Shown piece by piece: positions 41,101-50,778 of a stretch of 64,000 bases of DNA. How positions within the stretch are numbered: the first letter of the stretch is position 1; the number at the start of each line of letters is the position of its first letter. The notes under the pieces are model-generated. The model was not told where the DNA came from. It searched no databases and was given only the letters and a program-made list of their open reading frames with translations. The stretch is from Laetmonice hystrix (Eukaryota): NCBI GenBank assembly GCA_965235115.1, contig OZ249442.1, forward strand, positions 18,910,001-18,974,000, given 5' to 3'. The position numbers and the translations under genes are program-made.

Positions 41101-44017
41101 TTAGAGAAAGACACGTGACACTAGGTACGGTTTGGAGATTGGGCCCAGCTGGAATGTTTTATTTAGTGATCCATTAGGTCACGCTTCGACGGGACCATTG
41201 AGAGGGTCGGTTTAAAGATGGGTGGCGGAGAAAGTGTGAAGGATTCAGAAGTAACACGTATCTGAAATATAAGCCTCCAACAAACCAAGGTCTATTTCTG
41301 TCCTACAAAGTGGTCCCATTTTACAGCGAGAAGATTGAAGGGACATTCTGGGCGTACGTTTGGTATTTTAGTGTCTTCAAATTGGTCAGTGTTGCAGGTG
41401 ATAGTGGAGGAAGTCGTCATCTTTCCTGGTCAAAGGGGCTTGAATAAGGTGTAACGTAAAGCCTGAATAGGGGTAGGAGAGTGGAGTTATCTCAGGCTTA
41501 ATTATACAGGCGCACATGCAAACTGTTGGTTTCATTGAGCGCAGCGGGGCGTCATGTGGCTGTGAAGCCGTCAGTTGTCCCACTGCATGTCATCCAAGGT
41601 CACACCAAGGGACACTCCGCTCTCATCTGACGGGAGTCGAACAAAAGTCTTATTACCGAACTTGCCACAAGGTAAGCAGGCTGCGCTGGTTCAATGCGAT
41701 CATGGAACGGCGAGAAAGGATGCCTCATAATTTGATATATTGATGCCAAGGTGTCCGCCTCATGTGGCTTGGACAACGCACTGCATTAGACCTCTTTTGT
41801 GTTAAGGCAAATACTGTCAGGGGAAATAACCTAGTTCAGGCTATTATAACCAGAAAATTCAGGGGAGACCCATTGTGCATAGGTAATTAGCCGAGACTAC
41901 AATAGGGAGACATTGCTTCTTTGGTGCGTCCAGGCATGGTTGTTGGAGATGTAACGCTGCCAATGCCTTAGATTGGGCCAGCAGTACATCATCATCGAAA
42001 TGCATGGCACCACTTGGCGCAACAGCAAACACTAAAACTCTCCACAGGTCTGACTAGATGCCACGGCCAGTTGACAGAGGCACATAATTGGAACGCACAA
42101 GCACACCCCACCCACAATGTAAGCAAATACTTCAAATAGAATTATGACCAATGACGCTTGTGTTGTTTAGAAACTGCATCAAACTATGGTAATGTCACTG
42201 GCCTTTGCATCATGGAAAGGTTTTAGAAGCCAAGGTTAGATTTGACCTGGTGAACGTCTTTGTCAAGCTTTCGATACAGAAATATGACAAAGACATAGTA
42301 TACTGAAATTATACGCCATTTGTAGTTGGCGAGATCGCCAGTATGATATTGTACGTGAGAGTTATAATTTAGCCGCAGCTGATTTGAGTGATAATCCACT
42401 GGATGTAGACTAGATTGGGATGATATTGTTGAATCAGGGTAGGACAACATGAGGGAAAGGTTGGCGGCCGTGGCTGGGATTCCGACAGGGATGTCTGCCT
42501 GTCTGTAACATGATTCTAAGTAAACACGCCTCCCACATACATACCAGAAGCTAAAACATAATTTCCTGAATGTAAGTCACATGCTAAGTACGCACGCTTG
42601 GTCACAGTAGACATATGCTGATACAGACAGTTCGAATTTTGAAATCTCAGACTGCACGCCCGGCAGTTATTTTAGGAGTATGCGGCTGCATCAGGAGTGA
42701 AATGTTGAGCATTCTAGAGGCCTGCTAATGAAAGGCCAGAGCCATGCTATGTCTTGGAGAGGGTGGAAAGCTAGGAGGGTCCAAGTGTCTATATCCACAT
42801 CCATCATCGAAGACAAAAATTCTATACATGGCACTGGAGAGAAGGAGAGCGAGAGAAAAAAAAATAGAAAAAAAGGCTGGGGCATTATCATGATTGGTAT
42901 TGATTTTTTTTCACAGTAGAAGCAAGGTGATTCTGACAGTTGCCATGTACATTAGTGTTGGTGGCGGTTCGATGCGGTTGAGGGCTGGGGGACCAAGCTG
43001 ACAATTATAGGTGTAATTAAAAACCTACGACATCCCAAGTATTGGCAGTTCTGGCCATGGTAAACTTTACCCCTGCTGCAGGAGACTGACAATAAAGACA
43101 ATGTAGATGGGGATGTGAATGACAGTGACGGATGAATGTAGCAAGAGGCTGCCCCATTGGTGTCTGACGGGCGGCCAGCGTGCAGACAGATACTCCAAGT
43201 GTACCTTCCAAGCTGCACTTAGAGACAGATGTCGGGAGAGGGCCAAAAAAAATCAATTGTTGTTGTGAGCATATTAATCATAGCATGCAGCATATTGTTG
43301 CTTTCTACAGTTCTCACACCCAGAGGCGGGGCTCTTTACGGTCTAACACGGTGGTACACGGGTGGGGGGGCGTCATTAAAGAAATAATGTAGCAATAATG
43401 TTGCCATTTCTATTAGCAGGGAGCAAAGGGGTTTGGGCTGAGTGCAAGAGACAGCTGTGCAGAACCCAACTGTTGGCTGCAAGCCATGCACTGTTGATGC
43501 AGGGTAACCCACACAACACTGAAACACATACCGGTATGCATGTACATGAACATGCATGTGACTTGGGCTGGATACTACATGGCAATACATGTATCATGCT
43601 CACCAAGCGGCAGATTAAAGTGCTTGTATACTTACTGCCCACCGCCTGCGCCCCTTTCTCAGACACACAGATCTGTGATTGACTTGAAAGAAACTAGACG
43701 TCAAGTACATGTTGAGGTGTTTAGACTCCTGTTTAGAAAGGATACTGCCCGGCCAAAATAACCCCCAAATCAATTCGATTTTATTGTTATTTTTCCTATT
43801 ACAACCTGAAATAAGGGTCAATATACGAGGAAAATAAAGTCATGGCTATTAGATATATCAATTTCACGGACAGCTATAGGTTAAATGTCCGTTTTCCACC
43901 CATAAAAGTGGTTGTGGCACTTGACCCAAGTAGCACCTGTCGTTTACTGAGGGGATTGTTGAGCAGCGCTGGTTGGAGCTGCTACCAGCATCATCCACTG
44001 CTACTTCGTGATGAGAA

Positions 44018-44057
44018 GGATGGATGGATGGATGGATGGATGGATGGGTGGGTGGGT
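44018..44057. repeat. Compound tetranucleotide microsatellite (GGAT)7(GGGT)3
   Basis: Direct reading. Confidence 0.95.
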
Positions 44058-45138
44058 GGCCCCGCTCCATGCTGACAGATTATTAAGGTTTATTAATTAG
44101 ATGTTGATTGTAATGAGAGTGGAGCAGACAGAAGATAATTATATATACCTGTATGTCCTCGACCATTAACCATGCAGGTCACATGTGTTTTTTAACCTTA
44201 CCTCAAGGCCGTTATAAAACCTCCCAATCTAACAGCCTGATATGGATGCAACTCGCTTAAAAGATTCCTTACTTTGTTCTACTGGCTGCTAAGGTCATGA
44301 TGGCAAACCAAGCCATTAATAATGAAAATTGGTAGGATAGGATGGCATTATTAGGATCTGTCTTTACGCGGCTAGAAGATGTCTTCAGAATTGTGAATAA
44401 TTACAGGGGGTAAAAAGGAGCAGCATGTGGCTCAAACCATCAGGAAAGTTTTACCTGGGAAGGTCTGATTGACATCTATCTACGTTGTAAATGGCGCATG
44501 GAAAGCCGGATTGAAATTGAGATGTTTAATCAACAATCTGCATCATAACAACTTTCTATTTCAATATTTTGGGTCGTATAATATCTTGAGGGGTGTCCAT
44601 TGGGGGTTGTAACATCACCGCCAGACGCCGGGAAGTTCAGAGGTTAAAGGTCAGCGCATGGCGTGTTGAGTCACAGGGATGTTATATATTGTCTTTGGCC
44701 CACAGAGCGATCATGTGATGAGGGTACGAAGATGGCTTCAACCTGACTACTGAGGGTTGTTGGAACAGAGAATTCTGAAAGCTTCTATTTACTGAAACGT
44801 TATTTCATGAATGTGTTTAACTCGTCTGTTTGGGTCGTTTGGGATATTGCAGGAGCAGGACAAGTGGGTTTGGTGGGTCCATGTCGGTGGTGAACCATGG
44901 GGCCACCTCTAGTGGCAGGCAGCCATGTACTGAGGTCAGCTCAGGTGGAGTTGTCTTCCTTCGCGTCACATCGTTTGCTATTTCATTAGCAGAGGCAGCA
45001 CGTCAATATTGCCATGCCAATTATGTACTGCCAATAACAAAGGATTCTCGCTACTGCTGCTGCCGCCGTCGCCGACACGCCAAGACCTCTCTGTCTGTCC
45101 GCGATTGGGAACTGTGAAGGCCGCATGAGGTTTTCCCA

Positions 45139-45228
45139 ACTCCACCAATCAGGCATTCTCTATCAAAGTGTCACCCAATCGGGCTTCCTGCATCGAGATG
45201 TCACCCAATCAGGCGTGTGACATGTGAA
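45139..45228 (+). promoter_or_regulatory. Three NF-Y-type CCAAT boxes at exact 30-bp spacing; candidate ZFHX promoter/enhancer
   Basis: CCAATC(A/G)GGC with CCAAT at 45145, 45175 and 45205. Copies 2 and 3 share TGTCACCCAATC. About 1.75 kb upstream of the acceptor. Confidence 0.55.
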
Positions 45229-46930
45229 TGGGGTCGAGACAGACGTTCTACATTTCAGGTTCACCGAGTCAGATTTTTGGCGTTATGATGTAACCAGACC
45301 AGTCATGTGCCATCGTAATCGGACCCGATCAGGCGTATTAAAGCCAAACGTGATCCAAAAGGGCCTCTTTTCTCTTAAAAAAATATGGTCATGATGTGAG
45401 ATCATTGAAAATACTAGGGTGACGTTTTCTACTTTATAGTGTTAACAGTCCAAGGTTTAGCATCTCCATATGTGAGGGCTTTACAACCTGAACACAGGGC
45501 ATCGCTATAGGGAGGCAGAGCGTTTGGGGTCAGGTAATGTTGTCAGTAAATACTGGTAGGAGACTGCGCCTACAATTCACACTGCTAGTCTGATAGGTCA
45601 TGTTTGGCTCCATCACTGCCTGTTATCATGTCTGGTGTCACCACGTTTCGCCTATAAATCCGAGTTGCATAATTACAGCAGGATCGCGGCGTCAGTACAT
45701 TGAGAGAGGCACCTTGAGGACAGTCAGTCATCTCCACGCCCCCCCCCCCCCCCCAACCCCCAACCCCCAACCCCCACTCCCGCGCGCACACATACAGCAG
45801 TGCCCTGCCGTCGTCATTAACATTCATAGGGGATCGACGGGATCTGACAAGTTGAGTTCACTTCGCCATTGCTGATGTTAATTCTGATATATTCAATATG
45901 GGCGGAAGCCTGCCTGGGGGTAGCCCTCAACACGTGGATCCCTGTGATGATGGGCCCGGAGTCGGGTGATAAGATGGTGCCACTGCTCTCAAGTAGGCTA
46001 GCGGCATCACCTGCCATCCCTGCCACCATTGAGCATCACACACTCAATATGTGCATTACCTCCTCCTTTGTTTTACCTGTGTTTTCACCGCAGTCTTATG
46101 CCCCGGTGTGTAGCAAGCCACTGATCTCATAAGGTGTTTTTCTGCAGCGCGCAGAGGAAGCGGTTTTTTTAGCTGAGGGAACAGCATTACCAATTATGTG
46201 AATTAAATTGAGCCTGCATGTCGAAGAGACAATAGGAATATTGCATTGTCGGATTGCGTTCGAGGAACAATGGCCATCATGGCGTTTGTCTTGTTTAGCT
46301 GCAAGGGAAGAATTGATGAAGAATCAACAGTAGTCAACAAAAATCGCAAGGTGTCATGATTCAGTGCTTGCATTCAGCAATGTGAATTGGGTTCTTACGG
46401 AGGTTTACCCCTTTTTGTGAAGGCGGCGGCGATGATGTTAAATGGCTTAATGCAAATGTAGCTGTGTTTTACGTGACTGAGGTGTTTATTGTATTTAATG
46501 ATAGCTCCTTCTTTTCGTCTTATTGGATGATCGCTTTAAATGTCTGCTTCATCAAAGGGGCACCTTTCACCGGCAACTGTCAAGCGGTGAAAGGGTGCAG
46601 ATGAAGCAGACGGTTTTTTCTGCTTTTCATGTAACTATACGAAGGTGACATTGATTTTAATGAAACCTGACATTGCCCTGTGTTTTGAAAACACAAAATG
46701 TTCTTAATTGCTATCTTGATGACTCGCATGACAAATTGAAGGTGACTTCTGTCTCTCACTGAGCATATTAGAAAAAATTACATCTGGTGGATTAACACAG
46801 GTTTTTGTACAATAATTGTGTATCATTTGGTTTTCTTGGTAACGGTAATTTCAGAGGTAGAAAGACATGTCCTTCTCAATATCTCTTCGCTCTCTCATTA
46901 CCCTGCTCGTCTTCAGCACATTGTAATACA

Positions 46931-46954
46931 CGTGTTCTATTTACGTTTTTCAGA
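46931..46954 (+). other. 3' splice acceptor of the large ZFHX exon (exon starts 46954; 50 nt of 5' UTR before ATG)
   Basis: cgtgttctatttacgtttttCAG|ATTTG: T-rich pyrimidine tract plus CAG, 50 nt upstream of the strong-context ATG. Implies an upstream non-coding exon not identified here. Confidence 0.75.
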
Positions 46955-46961
46955 TTTGACG

Positions 46962-46979
46962 ATGTCACAACTCAGGTGA
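46962..46979 (+). other. Upstream mini-ORF (MSQLR*) in the ZFHX 5' UTR, same frame as main ORF
   Basis: ATG TCA CAA CTC AGG TGA. The start context acgATG has A at -3. The stop is followed by 8 sense codons and then the main ATG at 47004. Confidence 0.6.
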
Positions 46980-47003
46980 GCTGAGGTCATATCAACGGTT
47001 ACG

Positions 47004-50000
47004 ATGGAGGTTGCACCCTCTCCGCCGGTCATTCCCGAGTCGCTGAAGAAGATGGCCGAGTCGTTGTCCAGCGAGCCATCGAGTACCCTGCCAGCCTCCG
47101 CCGCCGATCCCGATGGTTGCAATAACAACAATAACAACGGCATTGGCAGCATGGGGCTGGTGGAGAAACCGGGCACGACCCTGCCGCCGCCTCCGCCACT
47201 AGCCGAGGACCTGGCCACGCCGCCGCCTACACTTCAAGGCAGTCCGCCCGACTCGTTACAAGTCCACCAGAATCATATCAACGGTGCTCAAGGCGACGAC
47301 CATGATGAAGACGACGACGACGACGACGACGTCGGTACACCACCTTGTCGTCCCAATACTCACAGTAGCCCCCACGGCCGGCCCGCTGTCAGCACACCTC
47401 CACAAACTTCTATCACAAACGCAATCACCTCAAACTCAGACGTGATGATGACATCACAAACTGAAACAGACAATAATAGTGAAGCAATGGCGACACGAAC
47501 TCAAACTGGGCTCAGCCCAACACCTGTGACCTCAGGAAGTACTTCAAGACCTCTGACCCCAGGAAGTACATCTTCAAGACCTCTGACCCCAGGAATTAGT
47601 TCTATGACCCATCCTTTGACTCCTGGTAGTACAACATCTGAACTTAGTGGCCAGAAGTCCGAGGAGGGTATACAGTGTGGTGAATGTACAAAAGAGTTTA
47701 GTACAATGCAGCAGTACATGGAACATAGCTGTTCCACGCAGGCAGATTTGTTGCCAACGAAAACAGACACTACAACAATGGCTACGAAAGAAGAGAATGA
47801 AGATTTGCTCAGTGAAGGGGAGAGTTTTGATGGGAAGATTGTATACAATCCAGATGGCTCTGCTTATATTATAGAAGGGGAGTCCGATTTGAGTGACTCG
47901 GACTCACTACTTGATGTGCCTCAAGTTGAAGGCAGTATCGTCGATCAGCGAGGCAAGGTCAACACCTCACACGTCCCGTCCTTCCCTCACATTGCAAATG
48001 CATTCTATATCCAAAGAAATCCTGCTGCCTTCTACAACACAATCTACATGTTTCCACCAGAGAGCCGGCCTCGAGTCGAGGCCCCCATCATGCACAGCTA
48101 TCGGGTATATGACTTACGATCAGGGAAATCCAAGGAAAAGACGAGACACTCGGACAAGGAAAACAAGGTCAAAGCTGACAAGAACTCAGCAGACTCGTTG
48201 GAAGAAACGAGCAAGCCAGCCAAGATTCCCAAGCTGGATTTCCCAAGGGGACAAGAAGTTGTGACAGTCCCAACAAAACCTATCCTTATGTGCTTCATCT
48301 GCAAACTCTCATTCGGATATGCCAAGTCTTTCGTTGCACATGCCATAGGGGAACACGGAATGTCGTTGAATGACAAGGAAAGAGACTTGATGGCGCAGAA
48401 AAATGCGTCTGCCATAATTCAGGGTCTTGGTAAGGACAAGGAGCCTCTCATGTCCTTCCTGGAGCCGAACTCGCCACCACAGGCCAGCACGCTCAATGAC
48501 GAACAGTCAGTGTCGGGGTCCTCATTCTTCCCGCAGTCTTCTTTCCCTGCTAGTAGTAGCAATAGTATAGGAAGCAGTAACACTAGTGTCACGTATGTTT
48601 ACCCCACTGCCAAGAGTACCTCTGTAACAGAGCCCACTGGCTTCAGTGATACCGCCAGTCGGTCGTCAAATGACAAGGGATGTAATCCCACTGTGGGCAC
48701 TGCTCAAGATACAGTCTCAGATAGTCTAATAATACAGGGTGCTAAGGCTGCTGATGTGCCATCTTCATCAGAGACAAACATAAAATTGATGCAGCAGTGT
48801 AATCCAGAGTCTTCAATGTCTGTCAAGGAGAACAGTTTGTGTAACAGTAAGGGTGATGATGAGAATGATGATGGCGACGACGACGACGATGGTGATGACG
48901 ATGCTCAAGGTCAATCTGCCTCAGGTGCTACTGAAAATAGTCCGGAATGTGCTACACGAAAGAACATTTCACCCAGTGGTGAACACTACTGGGATGGACC
49001 ATCACGACTGGCAACCAGTCCTAGTCGGGCCATTACCAGTCCTGGCCGGGCCACCCCAGGTGTGAGTGGGAGCCCCCGGGCAGCCACCCCAATGTCCATA
49101 TCTCCAGGGACCATGGTCACCATGTCGTCACAGTCGTTGATGACATCACATGCCATGCAGTCGCACAACTCTGGGTCGATGTCTGGGATGATGCTCAGAG
49201 GATGTGAAGATCACCCGAATGGGAACCACCAGGGGGTGGAGTGCCCCAAGTGTGACATGATCCTTGGTTCGTCTCGCTCTTTGGGCGGTCACATGACCAT
49301 GATGCACTCGAGGAACTCCTGCAAGACACTCAAGTGTCCCAAGTGTAATTGGCATTACAAGTACCAGGAGACACTGGAGATTCATATGAAGGAGAAGCAT
49401 CCTGAAACCGATGCGCAGTGCATCTACTGTATCGCAGGGCAGCCACATCCCCGTCTCGCCCGAGGTGAGGTCTACACGTGTGGCTACAAGCCGTACCGCT
49501 GTGATGTCTGCAATTACTCGACCACGACCAAGGGCAACCTCAGTATCCATATGCAGTCCGACAAACACATCAACAATATGCAAGAGCTGCAGAACGGCAC
49601 AGCCGAAATGAAGATGGCACCAACATCCCCCGTGCAGCAGACCCCTCTGCCTCAGCATCAGCACCAGCACCAGCACCAGCACCAGCATCAACATCAGCAG
49701 AATCAGCTGGCTCAGACTCAACTTTCTCAGAGCCAGCAGGAGCTACTCAAAAAGAACAAACCGAAGCCGACTTGGCGGTGCGATGTATGCAACTACGAGA
49801 CGAACGTGGCTCGTAACCTGCGTATCCACATGACGAGCGAGAAGCACACGCACAACATGATGGTTCTGCAGCAGAACGTCAAGCATATGCAGCGGGATAT
49901 GCAGTTCCAGCTGGGTCAAATGGCCATGCTCGGCCACGACCCCGCCATGCTGGGCATGGCCTCCCCGCTCGCCCCTGGACTACCTCCGTTTGCCTATGAC

Positions 50001-50772
50001 CAGGCCCTTTTCATGCCGCCCATTGCAGGCATCATGGAGATGCCCATGGATCTCACCAAGGAGAATAACTTCCCAAATACCTCAGCTTTACCACTTGATC
50101 TGAAGGCCTCTGCAACTGGCGCAGAGCCTTCCAAGATTTTCCTGTGTTCCATCTGCAATGTCTTCTCTTGTAACTCTATAGAGGGTTTACATCAACACAT
50201 GCAGGTTGACCGCACGAAGGCGGCCAATAATGACAGTATCGCTGTCATGAATGGCACCTATCTCTGCAACCTCTGCACCTACAAGACCAACTTGAAGGCC
50301 AACTTCCAGCTTCACTGCAAGACAGACAAGCATCTGCAGCGACTTCAGCTCATCAACCACATTCGAGAAGGGGGTGCGCAGAACGAATGGCGCCTCAAGT
50401 ACATGAACATGTCCAACCCTGTTCAGGTGAAGTGCAATGCCTGTGACTATTACACAAACAGCATCCACAAGTTGCAGCTCCACACAGCCAACACTCGCCA
50501 CGATGCCAACGCCAAGCTGTTCCGCCATCTACAAACATCTGAAGCGAGTATCCCCGGCGACAAAAAGTACTATCACTGCGTCCTGTGCAACTTTGCCACC
50601 AAGGCGAAGCTGAACCTCATTCAGCATGTGAGGTCAATGAAGCACATGCGCAATGAGAACATGCGTCTTCTGCATCACAAAGAGCAGGGTAAAGATGGTG
50701 ACTATGACTTTGAGGATATCTTCAGTGTCAAGGAGTATTCCGAAACCGATGCCATCAACTTTGATGACACAG
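47004..50772 (+). CDS. zfh2: Zinc-finger homeobox protein (ZFHX3/ZFHX4/zfh2 family), first coding exon, 5' partial gene model (1256 codons + 1 nt; continues beyond window)
   Basis: Uninterrupted frame from ATG 47004 (acgATGG, A-3/G+4). It contains family-diagnostic blocks: DGKIVYNPDGSAYIIE, HSYRVYDLR, KPILMCFICKLSFGYAKSFVAHA...SAIIQGLGKDKEPLMSFLEP, ECPKCDMILGSSRSLGGHMTMMHSRNSCKTLKCPKCNWHYKYQETLEIHMKEKHP, HPRLARGEVYTCGYKPYRCDVCNYSTTTKGNLSIHMQSDKH, WRCDVCNYETNVARNLRIHMTSEKH, KANFQLHCKTDKH, NEWRLK, CNACDYYTNS, YYHCVLCNFATKAKLNLIQHVRSMKH. About 10 C2H2/C2HC fingers, no homeodomain in this exon. Ends at donor ACAG|GTAAGT (phase 1, in Gly of DDTG). Confidence 0.96.
49653..49700 (+). repeat. Coding (CAG CAY)n repeat encoding (QH)7QQ
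   Basis: cag cat cag cac cag cac cag cac cag cac cag cat caa cat cag cag, read in the ZFHX frame. Confidence 0.9.
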
Positions 50773-50778
50773 GTAAGT
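50770..50778 (+). other. 5' splice donor ending the large ZFHX exon
   Basis: CAG|GTAAGT is a perfect consensus. Protein similarity ends here, and the residues translated after it (KLINNFKSTL...) are AT-rich and not family-like. Confidence 0.93.

Noticed and set aside
41775-41830. miR-8/miR-200-like pieces (GCATTAGA ... AATACTGTCAGG) in precursor-like order
   Set aside because: The seed-defining 5' U and the 3' half of mature miR-8 do not match, and the arms do not pair into a hairpin. Likely coincidence.
45653-45697. TATAAAT plus TCAGT as a TATA-Inr core promoter
   Set aside because: The spacing is about 41 nt rather than the canonical ~30 nt.
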